A stretch of 64,000 bases of DNA from Candidatus Freyarchaeum deiterrae (GCA_037305845.1 CP147778.1:3456001-3520000), one strand, 5' to 3'; positions 10,817-20,384 are shown, numbered from the stretch's first letter. The notes: generated from the sequence alone by a model not told the origin. Numbers and translations: made by a program.

Positions 10817-11223
10817 CCCTTTAAATTGAATTCTAGTAAATAAGTATAGTCACTACTTTATATATTTTCTCACTTATGCGCCTAATAATATTATTAGGTT
10901 CTTTTCAAGTTTTCATATACCCCCGCTTATTATATTTCCTATTTTACATCCGAACTTGTGGTATTTTAAGCAGTAATAATTAATAAAAACAGTTAATCCA
11001 GACTCTTTGAGGGATAAGGCTCGGGCAGGAGTTTAGTAGTTTATAGTCAGCTATACCAATAGCTTGTATTAAGCATTATTTTTATTGATTGAGCTATTGA
11101 AAAAGTTGGAATGACAAGATTATTACTAGGCCGACGAACTGTTTTTTGTTCTGGTTTTATTTATTGCCTAAGCTTGGATTTGAAAATAAGAATTGAGTCT
11201 AGTTGACGTAATTTGGATTAGGT

Positions 11224-12012
11224 TCAAGTTTTCGCTTCGGTTTTGGGGGGGTCTTCCTTTTTCGCAATCCTGTCGATTATGCCGAATATTCCTAGCGCAA
11301 AGATTACAGTTGCTATAATTGTTATTACGGCGCGTATGTAGACCGCTATCCAAAAAGCCATATTAAACTCTAGTAGTGTCAGTCCGAGAGCAAATCCTAG
11401 AGATCTCCCGCTTCTGTTTTTCCAAGCGAGGTAGTAGAACAGAATTATTGTTGGAGCTGAAATTATAATGAGGTAAATACCCATAGTCGTTTCTGGTACG
11501 TCTGGAATTACTACGCTCAAGGGATTTAGTAATGGTAGAATGGTTCCATAGTAGGGCAAGTTCTGAAGGAAACTTGGATTATAAGTTGCATCTGGAATTA
11601 AAAACCAAATTTGTCCTATGAATTGTCCAGTAGAGGCGTATGAGAAGTATTGAAGGAGGTTGCTTGTTAGCGTATTAGCTGAATCTGAAATATTGTAGTT
11701 AATTATTGCGATGGCGGAGATTAATTCTGGGAGTAAATATAGTTCCCTAATTTTCAACATCACTAGTCCTACAAGAAGTATGACTGCGAAGTAAAGTAAA
11801 GCAGTGAATAGTACATATGTTGTATGGTCGATTAGTAGAACATTGACAAGAATCAAGTAGTAGACTACATAGGTTGCTGCAAATATAGCGAAGAAAATTA
11901 CCAGTAGAAGAGTGGCTGTTTGTTTCCTTTCAGCGAAGTGCTTAGCAAGGTAAACCATACAGGCTGCTGGTAGGACCGAACTCGACAAAACCAGCAAGCT
12001 GTACAAATCCAT
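11224..12012 (-). CDS. Seven-transmembrane protein of unknown function, copy 2
   Basis: Paralog of 9594-10406; ATG at 12012 lies 2 nt after the stop of the upstream small gene. Confidence 0.75.
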   Translation of the reverse strand: MDLYSLLVLSSSVLPAACMVYLAKHFAERKQTATLLLVIFFAIFAATYVVYYLILVNVLLIDHTTYVLFTALLYFAVILLVGLVMLKIRELYLLPELISAIAIINYNISDSANTLTSNLLQYFSYASTGQFIGQIWFLIPDATYNPSFLQNLPYYGTILPLLNPLSVVIPDVPETTMGIYLIIISAPTIILFYYLAWKNRSGRSLGFALGLTLLEFNMAFWIAVYIRAVITIIATVIFALGIFGIIDRIAKKEDPPKTEAKT

Positions 12013-12014
12013 GC

Positions 12015-12455
12015 CTACCAAATTCCCTCTTCGGTTTTCATAGCGTCCCCAAGTCTAGACTTCTTAGACTTTTCTTTGCCTTTCTTTTTTTCTTTTATAA
12101 GCTTCTCCAAACCGTAAAATTCAGATAGGGCGTTAATCCTTCCTCTGAGGTTTATTGCTGAGAGCCTAGCTAAGTTGACATCCGGCATAACAACTATGAC
12201 TCCCGTCTTCTCTGTGATCTTCATAAGAAAGGAGTTGCTGTTATGGATACTGTCCCCCGGATGCAATTCGGATAAGGGGAACTTCTTATAGTAGTCCAGA
12301 ATCTCATCTGAGAAGCTACCCTTTTCGCCCCATACCTTATGGTTTATATCCACTACGGCCAGTCCTTTAGGTTTCCAATTACCTATATTCAACTCAACCA
12401 TTTCTATCATATTATCTACACTGGGTGTAGACAAAGCGCCATCCTCCAATAACAA
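12015..12455 (-). CDS. Small soluble protein with predicted Roadblock/LC7-like fold, copy 2
   Basis: GNWKP, WGEKGS, FPLSE, SFLMK and NALSEFY shared with 10400-10816. Likely TTG start at 12434 after GGAGG. Confidence 0.6.
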   Translation of the reverse strand: MLLEDGALSTPSVDNMIEMVELNIGNWKPKGLAVVDINHKVWGEKGSFSDEILDYYKKFPLSELHPGDSIHNSNSFLMKITEKTGVIVVMPDVNLARLSAINLRGRINALSEFYGLEKLIKEKKKGKEKSKKSRLGDAMKTEEGIW

Positions 12456-12643
12456 TAATAATGATATAACACGCCCGTGTGTACTTATATATAAGTATAA
12501 TGTAATACTTTTTATATCTTACTATTACTCTATATATTATATAATAAATTTTGTCGAATTTTTTTATAATATTATTTTCACAAACAGTACGCTCAATCTG
12601 TTAATGTCTAAAATTTTAGAAGCAAAACTTATCCAAATTCTGT

Positions 12644-13086
12644 TCATTTCAGGTCGTACCACAGTTCAACACCACTTACAAGCCTCAGTAGACCACCCAG
12701 GTTAGAAAGGCGAAGAGCCCTATAATTCCAAAGAAGACTAAAATAGCTGCGTACCCCCTGTTGCCTGTCCAAGTACCGATAGTACTAAGAAAAATAATGA
12801 ACCCGTCAACCGAAACTATTATCCCAAAAGTATTTATATCCCAAATAAAAGTACCCGCCAGATAATCAACCAATGAACCCAAAGTAGCCAAACTAATAAT
12901 GGGAAATACAGTTAAAAGATAAGAAAAAAGTTCTTCCGCAAATACGGGAAAAGGTTAGATATACCATTAAAAACAAGAATACTCTCTCGAACACTCCCAA
13001 TGGTTAGAGATATTGCGAATCCACTAACTATACCGTATAAGCCGCCAATACACCCGAAAAGAATGAATCCTTTTGATGAATCTAGA
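12644..13086 (-). pseudogene. Doubly frameshifted paralog of membrane protein 13184-13621
   Basis: Three frames give SSKGFILFGCIGGLYGIVSG / VFAEELFSYLL...GIIGLFAF / NLGGLLRLVSGVELWYDLK*, collinear with KAWAVLGIIGGIYAVLAG...GFIGLLAFNLGGLLGLVAGIAGWFEK; no clear start codon. Confidence 0.75.
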
Positions 13087-13183
13087 TATATTTAGAACCA
13101 CTACATTTCTGCTTTAAACTTTAAAAACCGAAAACAAAAAAGAAAAAGAGGATTTATTAAACGAAGCTATACGGCTACGCTTT

Positions 13184-13621
13184 CTACTTTTCGAACCAGC
13201 CAGCTATACCTGCGACCAGGCCCAGCAAGCCACCTAGGTTGAAAGCTAGTAATCCGATGAATCCGATAACCGCCATGAGAGCTGCTCCAGCTTTTCTCTC
13301 GCCCCAGAGAAGAGCTCCACCGATGAGGATTAGTATACCATGGCCTGCGATTACGATCCCGGCTAATGTTATGCCTGATGCGCCTGCGAATCCTAGTATG
13401 GGAGCAAGCGGACCGAAAGTGAATGAAGCCAATGTTGGCGATAACTGTTGAATGAGTTGAAGAATGATGGTAATCATGTCAGGGAATATCAACATATACA
13501 TGTAATAGCTGTTAATGGTGTTTGTTAGTCCGACTCCTAGGAATAGAATCACTAGACCGGCTAAAACTGCGTAGATACCGCCTATAATGCCTAAAACGGC
13601 CCAAGCTTTAATTTCTGTCAT
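13184..13621 (-). CDS. Small Gly-rich membrane protein of unknown function
   Basis: Three to four hydrophobic helices; probable start MTEIK at 13621. Confidence 0.7.
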   Translation of the reverse strand: MTEIKAWAVLGIIGGIYAVLAGLVILFLGVGLTNTINSYYMYMLIFPDMITIILQLIQQLSPTLASFTFGPLAPILGFAGASGITLAGIVIAGHGILILIGGALLWGERKAGAALMAVIGFIGLLAFNLGGLLGLVAGIAGWFEK

Positions 13622-14179
13622 GTGTTTATACCTCTCTAATTTTCTCCTTTTTCTGTTTTTTCTCCCCAATTTAGGGGGGTGTTCAATAGCATTATTTTAT
13701 GCTATTAGTGGTTATGGTTTAATACATCATTTATAAGCTTTATTGCTGGTAAAGTTAGGGTCTTCGACAATTGCTTAAATACTTCATATTACAATGTTAT
13801 TAAAAAAAATTATTAATCTAATAAAAACAATTAAGACTGATTCCTCAGCCGATTCCCAAGAAAGCTATACGCTAACAAAAAAATAAACTACAGAGCTTAG
13901 CATCTTCCAATTAAAACCAAAAAAGAACCTCACTAAAACTAATTTTTGCAGTAAACAGAATTTACTATAAATAAGAGTGGAGCATTTTCTTCCAAAAATG
14001 TTGGAAACTAACTGTTTGTTTAAAAACACTAAAGATCCGTAGGAGAAAGCAGGAGAAAACAAACCTGCTGATTTAAAACTTCCACGATTTTTACACCATC
14101 GCTGCGGCTTTTTCAGTCAACCCGATAGATTGATTTACGTTTGATTCCATTATTATGGATACATGTTGGAGGTAAGATA

Positions 14180-14956
14180 GTGGACAGACTGGATGGAAAA
14201 GTCATTATAGTTACTGGAGGTGCCAGAGGAATAGGCAAAGGTATTGCGCTGGCTTCAGCCAAGGAGGGCGCAGACATTATTATCGCCGACATACTCGTTG
14301 ATTTGGCTGAAAAAACGGTTAAAGAGATAAGGGCTCTGGGTCGGAAAGCAATGGCCGTAAAAACGGATGTCAGGGAAAGTAAAGAAGTTGAAGAAATGGT
14401 GAGTAAGACCATAGAGAAATTCGGAAGGATTGATGCCCTCATAAACGATGCCGGAACCGTTGAACCGGAAGGCCTCGACTCCCTCCGTAAATTTCCAAGT
14501 CCGCTGGAAATAGAAGAGGCAGACTGGGACGCCACCCTAGACACCAACTTGAAGGGAATTTACCTCTGCTGCAAATACGTGGTTCCCCACATGAGAGAAC
14601 AGAAAAGTGGGAAAATCATTAACATTTCCTCAATAGCCGGCAAGAGAGGCAACCCCCTTTTACCCCAATACAGCGCCTCTAAAGCCGGAGTCATAAACTA
14701 TACCGAAAGCCTCGCCATGATACTAGGAAAACACGGAATCACAGTCAATGCTATTTGCCCCTATTTCGTCTGGACGGATATGTGGAAGGCTGGAGTAGGA
14801 GGCGAACAGAACAAGGCGGCTTTCGACAACATCGTCAAGTCACAAACAATCCAGAGAAGAGAAACCACCCCAGAAAAAATAGCCGCTCTAGCCATATTCC
14901 TGATGTCAGAGGACGGCTCCGACATCACAGCACAAGCGATAGACATAGGCGCCTAA
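14180..14956 (+). CDS. Short-chain dehydrogenase/reductase (SDR)
   Basis: TGGARGIG, INDAG, NISS, YSASK; GTG start after GGAGGT. Confidence 0.92.
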   Translation: MDRLDGKVIIVTGGARGIGKGIALASAKEGADIIIADILVDLAEKTVKEIRALGRKAMAVKTDVRESKEVEEMVSKTIEKFGRIDALINDAGTVEPEGLDSLRKFPSPLEIEEADWDATLDTNLKGIYLCCKYVVPHMREQKSGKIINISSIAGKRGNPLLPQYSASKAGVINYTESLAMILGKHGITVNAICPYFVWTDMWKAGVGGEQNKAAFDNIVKSQTIQRRETTPEKIAALAIFLMSEDGSDITAQAIDIGA

Positions 14957-15061
14957 TATCTAAATATAACTAAAAAATATAAAACCAAAACCCGAAGTAG
15001 AGCATTACACAAAAACAGCCAAGTTTAAAACAAAAAAATGAAAGTCAGGACTGGAAAGCTG

Positions 15062-15946
15062 TCAAGCCTTTCCCGCCCTATCCCTACTTATTTTTGATTC
15101 AAGAGGCTTCACTGTCCAAAACGTCGTGTAAAAGACATAAACAAACAGTCCCACCGATAATGCTGATATCATAGCTGAAGCTGCAAGGGCCCCTATACTA
15201 CCAAAATGGGTCAGAACCTGAGTGGAGTCAAACAGTATGTGAAGAAGCACTGCTGCTAAGTAGTATTTCAGCGTTTTACCTCTGACCAGACCGTAGCCAA
15301 TGATAGCTGCGCTAGAAGCGTGGAACAGTAATGCGGGTGCTCTGCCAAAAATCCCGATTAAGGGAAGCCCCAACAGACTGGGTCCGAGATAGAACAACGA
15401 TAGCTCCGTTAACAAAGAACTGATATTAGAAATCAACCCCGGAAGATAATAAAGATTAAGGAGTAGAGTCTGCGGCGTTTGAGGCAGTGTTACCAGCACA
15501 TTAAGAAACGTTAGATCATATAACAGGGAGCTTATAATCGGATAATAAGATAACACAAAGCTCATTAGATAGGTCAAATCTTCTCCACCTGCAAATCCCA
15601 GTCCCACCACCATTCCGTAGAATGCTCCGTTCCTCTCGTTCATCCTTCTCCTTATGAATGGGATCAGGAGGACCAGGAGTTTCGCTGCTTCCTCAATGAA
15701 GCCTATGGGTAAGAGGTAAAGAACGTAACCGTAAAGAGGCACTCTAGCGAATAACCGATTACTACCTGTTTCTCCGATTAAAGCCAAGAGTATAACTACG
15801 TATCCCAGTATGAACGCTGCTAGAAGGTAGCGGTAGGGTTCCTGTTCAAATCTCAACTTCTTCATCAGAAGCCAGATGGCTAAAGGAACAAGAATGCAAA
15901 TTGCAATCCCAGTTATAAACGCGAGTAGTGTGTCCAATTTTTTCAT
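15062..15946 (-). CDS. PrsW/YhfC-family glutamic intramembrane protease, copy 1
   Basis: GFIEEAAK, GLGFAGGE, R-x6-H, LLHILFD motifs in a polytopic membrane protein. Confidence 0.8.
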   Translation of the reverse strand: MKKLDTLLAFITGIAICILVPLAIWLLMKKLRFEQEPYRYLLAAFILGYVVILLALIGETGSNRLFARVPLYGYVLYLLPIGFIEEAAKLLVLLIPFIRRRMNERNGAFYGMVVGLGFAGGEDLTYLMSFVLSYYPIISSLLYDLTFLNVLVTLPQTPQTLLLNLYYLPGLISNISSLLTELSLFYLGPSLLGLPLIGIFGRAPALLFHASSAAIIGYGLVRGKTLKYYLAAVLLHILFDSTQVLTHFGSIGALAASAMISALSVGLFVYVFYTTFWTVKPLESKISRDRAGKA

Positions 15947-16154
15947 CCATCCCTTTTTTAATCTATGCGAAAAATTTGAATTTAATTAATCTTTTAAATG
16001 TTTTGTTTTGCGTAATATGGGAACATTCTAAACTTACTTAATCCGCTCCTAACTAGCAAAAAATCGAAGCCTTCCTAACCACTAAAATTTTCAAGAAATG
16101 CTATTAGACGTCAGACACCAGCTGATTTTTTGGAAGATACCATATATTTTACCC

Positions 16155-16230
16155 TTGTTTTTGCGTTAAACTATTTCTCAATTTTTTCGTTAAGCTTCTT
16201 TTTTCCCGTTTTTGCACTGAGTTGTTTTTT
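16155..16230. repeat. Diverged third copy of T-rich repeat B
   Basis: ctatttctcaattttttcgttaagcttcttttttcccgtttttgcactgagttgttttt aligns with ctattttttcaatttttggtttatgcttcttttttctttttttcgctgagttgttttc at 17972-18029. Confidence 0.55.
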
Positions 16231-16244
16231 TAATACGGATACTA

Positions 16245-16425
16245 CCCCGCTCCATCCCTCTCTCGTCCTGCTAACGGGCACAATGCCGCGTCACGGCTCA
16301 CCTTCCATAGTCTTACTAGAATTAGTATGAGGGTAGACCGTGAGAAGACTAGCAGGAGGGAGGGAGGGCGGCCGTTGGAACGGCCGGGAAAGACGGCATG
16401 GTGGGGATTTATGCTCGCTCATGCC
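16245..16425. ncRNA. Candidate structured non-coding RNA (GC-rich multi-stem element), family unknown
   Basis: GC island in AT-rich intergenic DNA. Stems TCCTGCTA/TAGCAGGA (extended by C-rich/G-rich arms), CACGG/CCGTG, GGCCGTT/AACGGCC, GGCATG/CATGCC. Confidence 0.5.
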
Positions 16426-16521
16426 AGTACATTTGTTCGCGTAAATTTTTTAAAGCTCTTGCTGCTATATTGTAACAAAATTTACTTTATTTTTAAGTGA
16501 ATTAGGATGAGGTGAATAATA

Positions 16522-17505
16522 ATGCCAATAGATGTTAAAGCAACACCCGATTACTTGGATTTGTTAAATAAGGGCGTGGCCCGGGAAATTCAAGTATCCG
16601 TGCAGTACATGCTACAGCACTCGAAGATGGAGAAACTCCTGCGCAAGATGATTCCGGAGAACATTCTTCTCGACAAAACTACCTACGAGCAAGTCGGGAA
16701 GGTTTTAAAGGACTTTGCCATCGAAGAGATGAAGCACCTCGGCAAGATCATGGAACGCATTTATATCCTCGGAGGAGAGGCAACCACCAAACCAAGCCAC
16801 ATCGAAATCGGCAACTCCCTGCGGGAATTTGGTGAACTAGGATTGAAGGCAGAGACAGAAGCCCTCAAGCTCTACAGACAAGTCATCGAAATGGCTGGGA
16901 AACTCGGCGACTGGGAGACCCGCGAGATATTCGAACACATTTACCAAGACGAGGAAAAGCACTTCCTCAAATTCCAAGACTACAGCGAAATCGAGGGAGA
17001 AAAAGACTTCCCCGAAGCGGAGCCAGAGGAATTCCAAGCAATTTATACCGATGACTGGATAGCCCTATTAAACCGGGCAGTCGCCGGCGAGCTCTCGGCA
17101 ATCATCCAGTACACGAACCAACACGAGAAAGAGAATGCTGAACTCAACCGCCGCAAGAAGTCTGCCTTGGAGGTCGTTTCCAACAAGACCAAACCGAACG
17201 TATTCGCTGACCTCCTGAAGACCATCTTCATGCAAGAGATGGACCACTTCGAAAAAATCGCCGAGCGGATTTACGAGATCAAGATGGAAGCTACCGCGGA
17301 TGTCGAGCCAATGCCAAACGTCGGTGCCGAAGTGGACGACTGGATAAAGAACGACAGGGACGCCGAGGACTACGCTATCAAGCTATACCGCCAAATCATC
17401 AACAAGGCCTTGGAAATCAATGATGTCCGAACCAGGCTCTTATTCGAGTTCATTATCAACCAAGAAGAAGAGCACTTCTGGCGATTCGACGACTTCACGC
17501 CTTAA
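16522..17505 (+). CDS. Two-domain ferritin-like (bacterioferritin/rubrerythrin-like di-iron) protein
   Basis: Duplicated LLN-x-x-VA-x-E...QY...EMxH...E...A-x-KLYRQ...EExH di-iron motif sets. Confidence 0.85.
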   Translation: MPIDVKATPDYLDLLNKGVAREIQVSVQYMLQHSKMEKLLRKMIPENILLDKTTYEQVGKVLKDFAIEEMKHLGKIMERIYILGGEATTKPSHIEIGNSLREFGELGLKAETEALKLYRQVIEMAGKLGDWETREIFEHIYQDEEKHFLKFQDYSEIEGEKDFPEAEPEEFQAIYTDDWIALLNRAVAGELSAIIQYTNQHEKENAELNRRKKSALEVVSNKTKPNVFADLLKTIFMQEMDHFEKIAERIYEIKMEATADVEPMPNVGAEVDDWIKNDRDAEDYAIKLYRQIINKALEINDVRTRLLFEFIINQEEEHFWRFDDFTP

Positions 17506-17720
17506 AGCAGCAGGAATTTTCCCTATTGTTAACCATTCAATAGGATGAAAATTCACTCATTGCCGCGGCGATACCAAAGTAGAAACCAGTGAAAGATAAC
17601 GTTCTAACCTTAATCTTCCCTTTTTTTATATCAACTATCGAAACTCTTCTAACTAGCCAGTTCCCAATTTTTTGATTTTGTTTTTTCTTATTTTTTTAAA
17701 TTTTTCACTTATCCTTTTTT

Positions 17721-17925
17721 TCCCTTTTTTCACACGGTTCTCTAAAGGCTCTGCAACAACAAAATAATGGAACCAGTCAAATGCCTGAAACTTCTCGGCC
17801 CGAGAGAAAGCTGGTCACGAGAAAGATACATAACTCTGTCAGATTAGTTTCTTATCTCTGCGATTAACAAGCCTTCTCCCATTGTGTGAGGAGATAAAAA
17901 ACATTCAAAAGAGTTGTAATTAAAA
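17721..17925. repeat. Inverted repeat A, left arm (~205 bp)
   Basis: Reverse complement of 24053-24254; about 14 substitutions and one 3-bp indel by manual alignment. Confidence 0.92.
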
Positions 17926-17953
17926 CTTTTGTAAAACCAAACACAGACTTACA

Positions 17954-18061
17954 TTTTGTTATTGTTTTTTCCTATTTTTTCAATTTTTGGTTTATGCTTC
18001 TTTTTTCTTTTTTTCGCTGAGTTGTTTTCTTTTTTTGGTTACTTTTTTCGATTTTTCGCAA
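17954..18061. repeat. Inverted repeat B, left arm (~108 bp)
   Basis: Near-identical reverse complement of 21961-22069. Confidence 0.9.
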
Positions 18062-18157
18062 GTCATTTGGTGGCAGTTCTGAGGCAATCCAGTATTACCA
18101 AAAATCAAAATCTTCGCATAGAACAAAACATAATAAAAATAGAATTGCCCAAAAGAT

Positions 18158-18817
18158 TTAGAGTTTGAGGAGTATACCTCTACAATCGGGCATATCGAAT
18201 TCCAGCAATCGGTAATCTGTGCGTTTCTCAGACAGTCTAGAAATTCCTGAACAGTTCATTTTTAGAATCCAGCATAAAGGAGTACCATCATCTCTGAAAA
18301 GCTCCTCCGCCTGAACCGTTCGGCAGCAGTCTTTATACAAGCAATTACTGACTGTCAAGTTCAGAGTTTCGGAGTCTACCTTTTGATAGGAAGAGTGAAC
18401 ATCAACCCTAATAGAGTTAAGATACTCGAAACATTTTTGCGTAGCATCATAAATATCAGAAATCTTCAGACATTCTTTTCCTACCAGACTCGCATCCAAA
18501 ACCAGTTCAACAACCTTGTTGAAACCGTCCTCCCCACTCCTCATAGAGGCTCGGTAATCCCTATCAGCTTCAAGAAAACCGTAGAGAACAGCATTCCAGG
18601 GATCCTCAATTTTATCAATTACTTGTAGTCCGTAGTCTCGGAAACTATCAACCGTTTCAAGGGTGGATGGCCTTTTACCAGTTCTGCTATAAAGATAGTT
18701 CCCCATGTGGCGTAGAGCTATTCTCATATAGTTTTTACCCAGAATTTTTTGAATCCTGCCAGCGATCTGCAAAAACCATTGAAACAGCCAAACCTTATCA
18801 ACTTCAACCTCAACCAA
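18158..18817 (-). CDS. Hypothetical protein with Cys-containing V4R / methanogen-output-domain-like C-terminus
   Basis: LTVSNCLYKDCC...PLCWI...DCRGIL pattern; fold is inference. Confidence 0.5.
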   Translation of the reverse strand: MVEVEVDKVWLFQWFLQIAGRIQKILGKNYMRIALRHMGNYLYSRTGKRPSTLETVDSFRDYGLQVIDKIEDPWNAVLYGFLEADRDYRASMRSGEDGFNKVVELVLDASLVGKECLKISDIYDATQKCFEYLNSIRVDVHSSYQKVDSETLNLTVSNCLYKDCCRTVQAEELFRDDGTPLCWILKMNCSGISRLSEKRTDYRLLEFDMPDCRGILLKL

Positions 18818-18883
18818 TCTGATACGCCCTCTGAACCTTTCTCAACACTTTTACATGTTTGGAGATATTAATTTTGCTATGGC

Positions 18884-19972
18884 TTAAACTTGCTTGTTCT
18901 CTCCATTTTCTTCTAGACTCTTTATTCTCATCTCTAGATCTTTCACCACTGATTCGGGATACCAGGTTTCCACCTCTCCCTTGAGAGGCATGCCGCACCG
19001 GGAGCAGTAATCATTAGAGGAAATATTAGCCTCCTTGCATCGGGGACACACCACCTGACCCATAGAATTATCCTTAACATCCACACTGATACCAGAAACT
19101 CTCAGAACTTCACGCACAACCTCTTTACCGGAGAGATGGCTGTAGACACCCGGCATGTTACTCGTAGACTTCCATCCGAAAAAGCCCTTCATAGTCTGAT
19201 CGGAGAGCCAGGTTGAGAGCTCGGTGGCCCGAATGTGTCTCATCAAGTGTACGTAGGTACGCTTGCTTATGCCCGCTTTCTTAGCGCAATTTTTAATTAT
19301 CCTCCAAATGGAGACCGCCGATAAACGCTTGCCACGTGAACTGAGCCATAGTGGAGCGCTCTTATCATTCGGTAAAGTAGATAGGTATTCACCCAGAACT
19401 CCGGCACTGCTGATTAAGGGTATTGTGCGAGGTCCGGTCTTGCCCTCCACGCTGAGCATGAACCCGTAATTAACAGGGATGATAGAACTAATATTAAGCC
19501 CCCTAAGCTCCTCTCTCCTTATACCCGACTCCAAAAGCACGCTTAAAAGAGCTCTATCACGGAGTGTTCTGGCACTATTAACGAGTCGTGCTATTTCCTC
19601 TTTATCCAGAAGGTCCTCCGACTTTATTTTTGTTCGAATGGAAGGAACCCTTATCCAATCCGCCCGAGAACTATCATTGCCTTTATCCAGCCACTGGTAG
19701 AAGGCACGGATGCAAATTCGGTATAGTCTAATAGAGGAATCTGAAACCTCATGTCTTTCTCTTTTTCTTTCGAGTTCGCCGAAAAATTTCTTAAGATCCG
19801 CCGCTGTGACTTCTTCAAAGTCTTTCCCTAGGTAATCCACTAGTAGGCTTACCGATTTTTCGTAATTCTTTAAAGTCAGAGATTTTACCTGCGATTCTGC
19901 CCTCTTGTCGTTAAGAAACTTACTGAGGAGCTCTTTCTGACCCGTACTAAGCGTGTAATGCCTTTGCCGCAT
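18884..19972 (-). CDS. Tyrosine recombinase/integrase with C-terminal zinc ribbon
   Basis: Catalytic set ESGIRREEL (R), EGKTG (K), HLMRH (HxxR), FFGW (W), VYSHLS (Y); SAM-like N-domain; CPRC...CSRC. Start MRQRH at 19972. Confidence 0.92.
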   Translation of the reverse strand: MRQRHYTLSTGQKELLSKFLNDKRAESQVKSLTLKNYEKSVSLLVDYLGKDFEEVTAADLKKFFGELERKRERHEVSDSSIRLYRICIRAFYQWLDKGNDSSRADWIRVPSIRTKIKSEDLLDKEEIARLVNSARTLRDRALLSVLLESGIRREELRGLNISSIIPVNYGFMLSVEGKTGPRTIPLISSAGVLGEYLSTLPNDKSAPLWLSSRGKRLSAVSIWRIIKNCAKKAGISKRTYVHLMRHIRATELSTWLSDQTMKGFFGWKSTSNMPGVYSHLSGKEVVREVLRVSGISVDVKDNSMGQVVCPRCKEANISSNDYCSRCGMPLKGEVETWYPESVVKDLEMRIKSLEENGENKQV

Positions 19973-20087
19973 AGGGTTTTCCCCTTGGAAAATGGTGGAA
20001 AATGCTTGAAAAGTATGGGGCGGAACTCCTATATAAAGGTAACATTTCATAAAGGTAAATGTTCTCGAAAGGAACATTTCATTCTCT

Positions 20088-20384
20088 TCAGATCACCCAT
20101 CTTCCCACTAAATCCAGCCGGTACTCCTCCATTGAGGCGTCATAAACCCTGATGGGCACAAATCCCCTCAGAACCATTAACAGGTTAGGAGTAATTATCT
20201 TGGTAAACTCTATGTCACTAGTTTGATACTTCCCGCATAGTTTATTTAATGATTCCTTAAGAAACCCCTTCTGCTTACTAAACACCGCCCAAATATAGAG
20301 CTTTCTTTCGGATTTGCGGTAGCCTCCTATCATAACTCCTTTTTCATCAGAAATTTCGAACGATTCAAGATCTTTCGCTACCAT
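20088..20384 (-). CDS. Small hypothetical protein upstream of the integrase
   Basis: 98-aa ORF from MVAKD, co-oriented with the integrase; LYIWAVFSKQKG is weakly GNAT-like. Confidence 0.45.
   Translation of the reverse strand: MVAKDLESFEISDEKGVMIGGYRKSERKLYIWAVFSKQKGFLKESLNKLCGKYQTSDIEFTKIITPNLLMVLRGFVPIRVYDASMEEYRLDLVGRWVI

Noticed and set aside
16130-16330. 66-aa ORF, and the similar 70-aa ORF at 17956-18168
   Set aside because: Phe-rich translations of T-rich repeat B and the structured element; not credible proteins.
16245-16425. SRP RNA, RNase P RNA, tRNA or hammerhead identity for the GC-rich element
   Set aside because: Their conserved core motifs were not found on either strand.
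17781-17867. 28-codon ORF (MPETSRP...CD) kept in both arms of repeat A
   Set aside because: Most differences between the arms are non-synonymous and there is no clear RBS; conservation is explained by the repeat itself.
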